DNA of 35,346 nucleotides from a virus (lineage: Duplodnaviria; Caudoviricetes). Of the stretch, positions 18,963 through 25,574 are shown piece after piece. A program made the position numbers and the translations under genes. Where the stretch lies: the IMG/VR virus record IMGVR_UViG_3300006851_000005, positions 1 through 35,346 of that record; one strand, given 5' to 3'. Numbering within the stretch: the stretch's first letter is position 1; every line of letters starts with the position of its first letter. A model generated the notes under the pieces. That model ran no database searches. It was not told where the DNA came from and saw only the letters and a program-made list of their open reading frames with translations.

Positions 18963-19505
18963 GTGAAACAGGCTGTAATGACCGTGAAGCGGGTAGGGCT
19001 GGCGCTGCTGGTGTTCCTGCTGCTGGCGCCCGTGGCGTTAGCTCAGGGCCTCGGTGGCATGCCTGAGTGGCTGGTGCTGCTGATTGATGCGTTTCCGTTC
19101 CTCGGCGTGATCGTCGCCGGCGGTGCCGTCCTGGTGGCCGCGCCCATAGCGAAAAGCGGGACGGAGTGGATCAAGGTCCGGCTGCAGAAGCGCATGGGGA
19201 ATGTGCCGCATTGGGTTAATCACGCCGTGAGTGCAACACTGTCTATAGTGCTGACGGTCGGATTCCTGCAGACCGGGAACTACGCAGACGACCCTATCCT
19301 CGGCCTGCCGTGGCCGTGGAGCGTGATCGTGTTCGCTGCCCTGGTGTTCCTGCGCGCTGGCGGCTGGTGGGATGAAAAACAGGCTGAGGCGCTGACAGAG
19401 GCCGGGGTGGACCCGGTAGCGTACCGGACCGCGCCGGACGGTGAAACGAAAGCGGCGCTGCTGGCGCGTGGTCAGTCTTTCAAGCAGGACCGGAGGGAAT
19501 CATGA
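18963..19505 (+). CDS. Multi-pass membrane protein (holin candidate)
   Basis: GAAAGG RBS; signal-like LALLVFLLLAPVALAQ plus about three further hydrophobic segments; follows the endolysin. Confidence 0.55.
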   Translation: MKQAVMTVKRVGLALLVFLLLAPVALAQGLGGMPEWLVLLIDAFPFLGVIVAGGAVLVAAPIAKSGTEWIKVRLQKRMGNVPHWVNHAVSATLSIVLTVGFLQTGNYADDPILGLPWPWSVIVFAALVFLRAGGWWDEKQAEALTEAGVDPVAYRTAPDGETKAALLARGQSFKQDRRES

Positions 19506-19894
19506 GCGACGATCAGAGGAAACGAGCCGAAGCGCACGCCCGGCAGGCAGCGCAGCCCGGCGCTACGCACGTTCAGGGTGAGCCGTCCGCGGTGGGCCTC
19601 CCTGTGGAGACGACAGGCCCGCAGGCGGGGGAGGTCACGCTGCAGCACGTCAGTCCGGACCTGGGCGGCATTATCGACGTGCTGCTGGATACGCTCGTCA
19701 AGAAAGTGCTGATCCCTGAGATTCACAAGCACTTCGGCGGCACCGTACCCCGCGTGGTGCTGGACGCCGCTACGGACCGGCTGCTGCAGGGCATCAGGCG
19801 CGGTGAGGCGGGTAACACGTTCCAGACGGGTAAGCAGCTGACGCTGTTTGCGCTGAATGAGGCGCTCCGCACTGTTGACGAGGCCCGACAGTGA
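19502..19894 (+). CDS. Hypothetical protein (130 aa)
   Basis: GGAGG RBS, ATGA overlap. Confidence 0.6.
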   Translation: MSDDQRKRAEAHARQAAQPGATHVQGEPSAVGLPVETTGPQAGEVTLQHVSPDLGGIIDVLLDTLVKKVLIPEIHKHFGGTVPRVVLDAATDRLLQGIRRGEAGNTFQTGKQLTLFALNEALRTVDEARQ

Positions 19895-20280
19895 GGGCCC
19901 GTGTAGCCGCCCTGATCGTGGCGCTCGGCGTGGTGCTGGCCGGGTGTCTGCCGCAGTTCGTCGGGGACGCCCCCCTGACCGTCACGGTAGAGAACGAGCA
20001 CGTGCTGACGATCACCGTTACAGAGCACACCCGGCAGCCGGTGTTTGACGTGTTCCTCGACCTCGGCCGGGTGGACGCGGTGCTGGATAGCAGCATCCCC
20101 CTGACGTGCACGCCCATAGGGGACCTGAGCCTGTCCTGCGCCGCGCCAGCAGGCCAGCAGTACACCGGGCCTATACATGTGACCGTGCGGGCCGACCGGC
20201 CTGCTGATGTGGCTGTAGCAGCCTGGTGGAGTGTTCTCTCCGGATCCGATCGAATAGCGCGGGTGCGCGTCACCCCGTAA
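19891..20280 (+). CDS. Lipoprotein (LAGC lipobox)
   Basis: MRARVAALIVALGVVLAGC; beta-rich mature part with two further Cys. Confidence 0.75.
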   Translation: MRARVAALIVALGVVLAGCLPQFVGDAPLTVTVENEHVLTITVTEHTRQPVFDVFLDLGRVDAVLDSSIPLTCTPIGDLSLSCAAPAGQQYTGPIHVTVRADRPADVAVAAWWSVLSGSDRIARVRVTP

Positions 20281-20327
20281 CCCCCTCGACTGGTGCCGCC
20301 GGCCGGGGCGGGGAAAGGCAACAGTCA

Positions 20328-20786
20328 GTGAACATAGAAATATGGGTCCCCCTCCTGACCGGCCTCCTGACGGGCGGCGGCGCCGGCGCGCTCGGAGCGT
20401 ACTGGAATCACAGACGGATGGTGCGGAACGATGAAGCCACACTCGCGGCGACCCTGCGCGAACAGGTTGACAGGGCCAGCGGGGAGATTATTGCCCGCTA
20501 CCGGGAGGAGTTTGAGCGCGTGGGGCAGGCGTATGACCGCGTTGCTAATCAGCGGGATGAGGCCCTGGCTAAATACGATGAGGCGGTACAGGAAATTCGC
20601 GCTGTGTACGCGCAGCTCGCGGATGCGCAGGAGAAAATAACGACTCTGAAGTCCCGCCTGGCTGTGTCAGAGGCTGAGGAAAAACGGAAAGAAACTGTGA
20701 TCGTGAAACTGCAGGCTGTGGTGGACGATCTGAAAGTCAAGCTCGCACGCTGCACTGCGCATGATGACCCGCATGTGATAACCTGA
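20328..20786 (+). CDS. Membrane-anchored coiled-coil protein (inner spanin / holin-like candidate)
   Basis: GAAAGG upstream of GTG 20328; N-terminal hydrophobic IWVPLLTGLLTGGGAGALGAYW, long coiled coil, C-terminal Cys. Confidence 0.6.
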   Translation: MNIEIWVPLLTGLLTGGGAGALGAYWNHRRMVRNDEATLAATLREQVDRASGEIIARYREEFERVGQAYDRVANQRDEALAKYDEAVQEIRAVYAQLADAQEKITTLKSRLAVSEAEEKRKETVIVKLQAVVDDLKVKLARCTAHDDPHVIT

Positions 20787-20896
20787 GCCCGGGTGTGCAG
20801 CGAGGGTGAGGAGCAGGCCGGGCGGGACCGCGTACGATGCGCAGAGTCCCGCCCGGTGATTTTGCTACCCTGTGAACAGGCAGAGCCTCGCAACAC

Positions 20897-20937
20897 ACCG
20901 CCCCGCAGCGTCCCCGGTCAGGATGCCGTGGGGCGGT
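20897..20937. terminator. Hairpin at the convergence of the late (+) and early (-) transcription units
   Basis: ACCGCCCC...GGGGCGGT outer stem with an imperfect inner stem. Confidence 0.55.
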
Positions 20938-20942
20938 CTGCG

Positions 20943-21152
20943 TTACCGGGCGCGGGCCTTCTGACGTTCCGCATCCTCCACGTGCGATATGTACCGGTCG
21001 AGCAGCTGCCGGACGAGGCCGCTGCGGTTCAGGCCGCGATCCCGGATCCAGTCAGCCTGCCGCTGGTGAATGGTGACGATGACGCGCTCCGGCGGGTCTG
21101 ACGGTGCGAACCGCAGGCGGCGGCCACGCTTCGGGGCGCGGTCAAGCGTCAT
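20943..21152 (-). CDS. Ribbon-helix-helix-like small DNA-binding protein
   Basis: RVIVTIHQRQADWIRDRGLNRSGLVRQLLDRYI fits a beta-helix-helix pattern. Confidence 0.55.
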   Translation of the reverse strand: MTLDRAPKRGRRLRFAPSDPPERVIVTIHQRQADWIRDRGLNRSGLVRQLLDRYISHVEDAERQKARAR

Positions 21153-21447
21153 GATGCCCGCCAGCTTTCAGCAGCGCGTCAGCGTACGCATACGCATGCG
21201 CTGCGGCTATATCCGGGTGAAACATGGCCGGCCGTTCAGACGCCAGCAGCCCCTGCATGGCCGCCATAGCCATATGATCCCGCCGGGCGGTAGCCTGCTG
21301 CGCCTGCATGGCCTGCAGGCTGTCCCGCAGGCGCTCCAGCTGTTCAGTCGCGGTACTCGCTGCCTGTTCACTGGCCTGCACCCGCACGCGGCCGTACTGC
21401 GCGCCGACAATGAAGGCCAGGATCAGGAACGTTACCTGCCACAGCAT
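21142..21447 (-). CDS. Phage hypothetical protein with N-terminal hydrophobic segment
   Basis: TGATG overlap at 21447; RDHMAMAAMQGLLA...AYAYADALLK resembles a common small phage family. Confidence 0.65.
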   Translation of the reverse strand: MLWQVTFLILAFIVGAQYGRVRVQASEQAASTATEQLERLRDSLQAMQAQQATARRDHMAMAAMQGLLASERPAMFHPDIAAAHAYAYADALLKAGGHHDA

Positions 21448-21665
21448 CAGCTGGCCTCCGGGTCTGCAGTACGCCGGATGTGCCAGGTGCCGGGCACGTT
21501 CAGGCATTCGTAGGGCTCCACGGTCACGCCGGAATCCCGCAGGATCTGCGCGGCTTTCTTCTGCGCCTGCGCGAGCGTGCCGTACCGCGCTTTCATCATG
21601 CGGTTACGGGCAATGCAGCACGTACCGGGCCCATGCCGCGGTTGCCGCACGCGCGGCAGCCTCAT
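21447..21665 (-). CDS. Small hypothetical protein (KARY...YEC...WH)
   Basis: 72 aa, translationally coupled on both sides. Confidence 0.6.
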   Translation of the reverse strand: MRLPRVRQPRHGPGTCCIARNRMMKARYGTLAQAQKKAAQILRDSGVTVEPYECLNVPGTWHIRRTADPEAS

Positions 21666-22264
21666 TTCGGCAGCTCCAGCTTGTACACGGTGTCACCGGG
21701 GATCAGCTCCACACCGTCGGGAATCTCCCCTGTTTCCTTCAGGAGGGCCGCCAGCGCCCGTTTATCTACTGTGGTCTTAACGTTCAGCAGGTCCGGCCGG
21801 TCATTCGCTTGTGCCCACGTGATAGCCAGGGCCTCGTCGGGCACCTCGAACCGGTCGCGGCCTGCCCGTGCGGTCAGTTTGCCGACGCCGCCGGGCAGCT
21901 CGAGCGTCTTTGTCAGCCGGTCCGGTTTGATGCCAGCCTCGAGCTCCGCTGCGCGGTGCCGCTGCATGAACGCCACGGCGTGATCCTCGTACCAGCTGAT
22001 GCGCTCCTGATACCGAGTGCGCTGGTTATCCAGCCAGGCGCGCTCCCGTTCAATGCGGGCCTTCGTGGCGGCCTCCTGCGCTGCGAACTGCCGGGCATGC
22101 CATGCCGCGCGCTCAGCCAGCCAGGCCATATCATCCAGCGTGCGGGGTTCCCACTTGCCGGGCGCGCCGGTGTAGCTTTCGGGGGCTGTTTCCTCGAGGT
22201 GCCGCCAGTCCTGATCCGGGAATTCTGGTGCGTCCTGCATCGGGCCCTGTTCGTAATCGCCCAT
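21662..22264 (-). CDS. Host-nuclease inhibitor Gam-like protein (Mu Gam family)
   Basis: Coiled-coil N-half, then KTLELPGGVGKL...VKTTVDKRALAALLKETGEIPDGVELIP; ATG at 22264 via TAATG overlap. Confidence 0.75.
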   Translation of the reverse strand: MGDYEQGPMQDAPEFPDQDWRHLEETAPESYTGAPGKWEPRTLDDMAWLAERAAWHARQFAAQEAATKARIERERAWLDNQRTRYQERISWYEDHAVAFMQRHRAAELEAGIKPDRLTKTLELPGGVGKLTARAGRDRFEVPDEALAITWAQANDRPDLLNVKTTVDKRALAALLKETGEIPDGVELIPGDTVYKLELPK

Positions 22265-22668
22265 TACAGGCCCTCGTCCAGAGCGGGCGCAACGATGCCG
22301 TAGCTGGTGTAAGCGCCGCTGCTGATGATATAGACGATGTATTCCACGCCGTGCCCGTCCACTGTGAACATGCGGGCGGCGCCGTCCCCGGCGTCCAGTG
22401 CTATCCACGGGCTCGTGATCGTCACGTCTGAGAAGCTGCCGAGCAGGTGATTCATGAGCGTCTGGTGCAGGCGTTCGCTGCTGTCCAGCGTCCAGCAGGC
22501 GCCGCCGTATTCAGTGACGCCGGCTTGTATGGGGCAGCCGAGCGTGCCGTCCAACTCGAGGGCGAACAGGTAGCCGAGTTCAGGTGCGCGGGACTGCGCA
22601 CTGGTGACGCCCGGCAGGGCGAAGGCGAGGCTGAGGAGAAGGGCTGTTATTGCGGTGCGGACTTTCAT
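22264..22668 (-). CDS. Secreted/periplasmic protein with signal peptide
   Basis: MKVRTAITALLLSLAFALPGVTSA-Q; two Cys; hairpin and GAAAGGAACACC RBS upstream. Confidence 0.7.
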   Translation of the reverse strand: MKVRTAITALLLSLAFALPGVTSAQSRAPELGYLFALELDGTLGCPIQAGVTEYGGACWTLDSSERLHQTLMNHLLGSFSDVTITSPWIALDAGDGAARMFTVDGHGVEYIVYIISSGAYTSYGIVAPALDEGL

Positions 22669-22719
22669 AAGGGGTGTTCCTTTCTGCCGGGATGTGGCTC
22701 CCGGCGGGCCGTGTAGAGG

Positions 22720-22953
22720 TTAGATCAGGCAGGCGTCTACGAGGCGTTTAATGAGGTCATAAACGCCGCCGCCGTTTGCGGTCACTTCGGCTGCTGCGTT
22801 TGCGATTACTACCTGTTCAGCGGGGTGGGCGGTGTCGATCAGTTCGCGGAGTTCGGTGCAGGTGATTTCCCGGTCGGCGCCGGTGTGTTCGGGCAGGAAG
22901 GTGTACTGGCTCATTGTCGGGGTGTTGAAGAATCGTTCGATGTTGCTGGTCAT
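22720..22953 (-). CDS. Small acidic early protein (77 aa)
   Basis: ATG 22953 after GAAAGGG RBS, first gene behind promoter copy 1. Confidence 0.7.
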   Translation of the reverse strand: MTSNIERFFNTPTMSQYTFLPEHTGADREITCTELRELIDTAHPAEQVVIANAAAEVTANGGGVYDLIKRLVDACLI

Positions 22954-22994
22954 GTGCTGGTTCCCTTTCGTGTTCGTTCGGGGTGTCTCCCTGA

Positions 22995-23092
22995 ACTGAT
23001 TTAAGTATATATCTACATCCCGCAGCGTGTCAACCCTGACACGCAATGCCACGAAAGACCGGGAAAACACTATCCCGGCACAGCCCGCGCAG
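22995..23092 (-). repeat. Terminator-promoter cassette junction, copy 1
   Basis: ~98-bp near-identical repeat of 23947-24044; minus-strand hairpin plus T tract, TTGACA (23028-33)-18 bp-TATACT (23004-09), palindrome GCGTGTCA-ACCC-TGACACGC. Confidence 0.9.
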
Positions 23093-23417
23093 GATCCAGC
23101 AGCACCTTCACAGACCGACGCGCAGCCGTCCGCAGATCAATAGTCGCGTGCGGCGACCGCAGCGCCCACGTGGCGCTTTCCAGCAGCGTCTGATACGCCT
23201 CCGCGTCCACCTGGACCCGCACAGTCCCGGACCGGTTACGCCGGATGACCTCACCGGCGGCCAGGTTCAGGCTCCTGTGCGCCGCATGGAAATACCCGGG
23301 CAGCGTGTACTCCACGGGGCCGCTGGCGGCCGGTTTCACCCGGCGCGCCAGTTCCATTACGCTGTCAGGGCGCAGGTCCCGCAGGCGGTAGGGGAGCGGC
23401 ACCTTTCGACGGCTCAC
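23070..23417 (-). CDS. Hypothetical basic protein ('gene X', 115 aa)
   Basis: GTGA overlap at 23417; MSRRKVPLPYRLRDLR...LLDPARAVPG, ending inside the repeat. Confidence 0.65.
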   Translation of the reverse strand: MSRRKVPLPYRLRDLRPDSVMELARRVKPAASGPVEYTLPGYFHAAHRSLNLAAGEVIRRNRSGTVRVQVDAEAYQTLLESATWALRSPHATIDLRTAARRSVKVLLDPARAVPG

Positions 23418-23689
23418 AGGGCCCGCCACCGTTTCACGGTCACGGTTTCCAGCCGCTCGATCCGGGTGCCGTCAGTCATGCAGTACCGGGCGATCAGTTC
23501 CTCGTCTGTCAGGAAGCCAGCGTATGAGCAGATCCAGCCGTTTCGTTCCTGCCGTTCGCTCCATGCCCGGATGACTTCGACGGTTTCGCCCTTATGGCCG
23601 TGCCAGATGCGGAGGCGGGTGCCTTCCGGGTTCAGGATGAGGCGGCGGCCGAGGGCGCTGGCGTACAGGTCAGTGAAGGCGCGGCTCAT
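23414..23689 (-). CDS. Hypothetical protein (91 aa)
   Basis: ATGA and GTGA overlaps on the two sides. Confidence 0.65.
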   Translation of the reverse strand: MSRAFTDLYASALGRRLILNPEGTRLRIWHGHKGETVEVIRAWSERQERNGWICSYAGFLTDEELIARYCMTDGTRIERLETVTVKRWRAL

Positions 23690-23895
23690 GCCGCGCTCCG
23701 GATGAGGCCGCGCAGTGCGGCCTCGCGGGTGGGCTCCTGCCGGATGATTGCCGGCATGTCGTATTCGTCCATCTGGTGCAGATCTGCGACCAGATAGGTG
23801 ATATCGCCAAAGCGGGTGCGGAAGGTGTCGAGCCGGTAGCGGCCTTCGGCGCCGATGTATTCACGGCGAAGTGTTGCGGGTGAGGCGGTGGGCAT
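23686..23895 (-). CDS. Small early protein (69 aa)
   Basis: First gene behind promoter copy 2; GAAAGGGG RBS. Confidence 0.7.
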   Translation of the reverse strand: MPTASPATLRREYIGAEGRYRLDTFRTRFGDITYLVADLHQMDEYDMPAIIRQEPTREAALRGLIRSAA

Positions 23896-23946
23896 TTAAG
23901 TCCCCTTTCTGTGGCGTCCGGGTGATTTAGGGCAGGTGCCCTGCGG

Positions 23947-24044
23947 ACTGATTTAAGTATATACCTACATCCCGTAGCGTGTCAACCCTGACGCGCAATG
24001 ACGCGAAAAGCCGGGAAGCATTGACCCCGGCACAGCCCGCGCAG
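23947..24044 (-). repeat. Terminator-promoter cassette junction, copy 2
   Basis: TTGACA (23980-85)-18 bp-TATACT (23956-61); minus-strand GCCGGG...CCCGGC-TTTT hairpin. Confidence 0.9.
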
Positions 24045-24086
24045 ATCCCGCAGCCTGTACGGCAGCGGGGCCTTGCGGCGGCTCAC
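23982..24086 (-). pseudogene. Internally deleted paralogue of gene X
   Basis: Reads MSRRKAPLPYRLRDLR (gene X: MSRRKVPLPYRLRDLR) and then joins directly to DNA matching the 3' end of gene X, out of frame. Confidence 0.8.
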
Positions 24087-24481
24087 GCTGCGGGCCCCTG
24101 CGCAGCCCGGTATGCGCTAAGGGCCTTCAGGCAGGAGCCGAACTGCGCGGTGGCGATCCCCACGTAATCCGCGCGGACCTGTTCAGCGGTTACGCCGGCC
24201 TTCTGCGCGATCCAGGCGTAGTATTCGCGGTCAGCTTCCTCGCGGGCCTCGGCCTGGCGGGCCTGTTCAGCGGCGCGGGCCTCGGCGTCAGCGGCGCGGA
24301 TGCGGGCGGTGGTTTCGCTGACAGTCCAGCCGGCGGCGTTCGCGGCGCAGGTGGTGCCGAAGTATTCGATGTCGCCGGTTTCATTGTTGAGAAGGGCAAC
24401 GGTGCGCTTCAGGCCCTGGCGGCCGCAGCAGTCGCAGTGATTGATGTCTCCGGTGGTGCCGAGTACGCGGTAGGTGGTCAT
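24083..24481 (-). CDS. Cys-rich early protein (CDCCGR...YFGTTCA) with coiled coil
   Basis: 132 aa, GAAAGGAACACC RBS, first gene behind promoter copy 3. Confidence 0.75.
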   Translation of the reverse strand: MTTYRVLGTTGDINHCDCCGRQGLKRTVALLNNETGDIEYFGTTCAANAAGWTVSETTARIRAADAEARAAEQARQAEAREEADREYYAWIAQKAGVTAEQVRADYVGIATAQFGSCLKALSAYRAAQGPAA

Positions 24482-24541
24482 GCTGGTGTTCCTTTCGTGG
24501 TGCAGCTCGGTGGTTTGGGCGTGCGGCCCTGAGCTGAGACA

Positions 24542-24613
24542 AGTATATACCTACAGCCCGCAGTGTGTCAACCCGCGCCACTGTTGACACAGGCGGGGGT
24601 CATGAATTACCAT
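24542..24613. promoter_or_regulatory. Back-to-back divergent promoters
   Basis: Minus: TTGACA (24566-71)-18-TATACT (24542-47). Plus: TTGACA (24584-89)-18-TACCAT (24608-13). Inverted repeat TGTGTCAAC-N10-GTTGACACA. Confidence 0.8.
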
Positions 24614-24620
24614 CAGAAAC

Positions 24621-24836
24621 ATGCGACCGATACACGACATACGGCGCGAGGTCGAGGAGGCCATAGCAGCCAAACGCATAACCCGCCGGCAGCTCACCCG
24701 AGACACGGGCCTGAGCCACAACACGGTAAGCCGATTCCTGAACGATGACGGACCCGTACTACGCGGCACCGTGATCCGGCTCGCCACCTACCTGGATGTG
24801 CCCTGGCAGGCACAGGAAGAAGCGACAGGCCGTTAA
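24621..24836 (+). CDS. XRE/Cro-like helix-turn-helix regulator, probably leaderless
   Basis: ITRRQLTRDTGLSHNTVSRFLN...VIRLATYLDV; ATG lies 7 nt after the -10 box with no SD. Confidence 0.85.
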   Translation: MRPIHDIRREVEEAIAAKRITRRQLTRDTGLSHNTVSRFLNDDGPVLRGTVIRLATYLDVPWQAQEEATGR

Positions 24837-24892
24837 GCCTGCCGCTCGCATCTGGACGGAGCTGCACCGGCTCCGGGTGAAAGGAAACACCA

Positions 24893-25015
24893 ATGAGCAG
24901 TGTAACGCACACACAAGCCATGCTGATAGTCGGCGCCTTCGCCTTCGCAGCCTTATGCGCAATGGCCGCCGCTGCCGCCCTTGCGGACTGGATAGAACGG
25001 CGGCGCGGCCAGTGA
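24893..25015 (+). CDS. Small membrane peptide (40 aa)
   Basis: GAAAGG RBS; MSSVTHTQAMLIVGAFAFAALCAMAAAAALADWIERRRGQ; GTGA overlap. Not in the ORF track. Confidence 0.6.
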   Translation: MSSVTHTQAMLIVGAFAFAALCAMAAAAALADWIERRRGQ

Positions 25016-25362
25016 CCCTGCCCGTGAAAGACTGCCCCACCTGCAACGGGTCCGGGGACGAATGGCATCAGCCGTATTACAGCGAGCCGCCTGAGCCGTA
25101 CCCCTGCCCCGCCTGCGCTGGATCCGGCCTGCAGCGGAACAACAGCAAGCCCGTGACGCCCGCACCTGGCTTCGTGGACGCCATTCTGGACACGGTGATT
25201 TACGACCTGTGCGGCAGCCCGGCTACCCTGCTGGATCTGGAATTCTCGAAACAGATCGGGGTGTTCACTGAAACCGGCGCAACCCTGAGCATGGACCCCC
25301 GCGAGGTGGAGACCGCCTGCTGCCGAATCATCGGCGCAGACGAGCCGGAGCTGCCCTTCTGA
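25012..25362 (+). CDS. Protein with DnaJ-type CxxCxGxG zinc finger
   Basis: CPTCNGSG and CPACAGSG; GTG start at 25012. Confidence 0.65.
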   Translation: MTLPVKDCPTCNGSGDEWHQPYYSEPPEPYPCPACAGSGLQRNNSKPVTPAPGFVDAILDTVIYDLCGSPATLLDLEFSKQIGVFTETGATLSMDPREVETACCRIIGADEPELPF

Positions 25363-25574
25363 TGATCAGAGTCACTGACCGCCGCGCGGAATACGAACAG
25401 AAACGCCGCGCCCTAATTGGTTCAATGTTGACACGCTTACAGGACCGCGTAGTAGAATACAAGACAGCGGGCACCGCCGCTAAACCTCACAACCGAGGCA
25501 CGTATCTGGAAAGGCTAACCCGGATGAAACTACGCGAAGTCGTAGACCGGGACGCCGAAAGGAGCAAGGAATGA
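25362..25574 (+). CDS. Hypothetical protein (70 aa) overlapping an internal promoter-like element
   Basis: TGATG and ATGA overlaps; atypical codons around TTGACA 25428. Confidence 0.45.
   Translation: MIRVTDRRAEYEQKRRALIGSMLTRLQDRVVEYKTAGTAAKPHNRGTYLERLTRMKLREVVDRDAERSKE

Noticed and set aside
209-20900. Many long minus-strand ORFs opposite the structural genes (for example 1314-2495, 4495-5676, 6691-7815)
   Set aside because: Shadow ORFs expected in GC-rich DNA; no motifs or RBS, and they overlap well-supported plus-strand genes.
20793-23797. Plus-strand ORFs such as 21308-22303 and 23046-23705
   Set aside because: They lie antisense to a coupled minus-strand operon that has promoters and RBSs.
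22995-24571. CRISPR array or integron attC array
   Set aside because: The repeats are long, separated by whole genes and contain promoter boxes; there are no cas or integrase genes.
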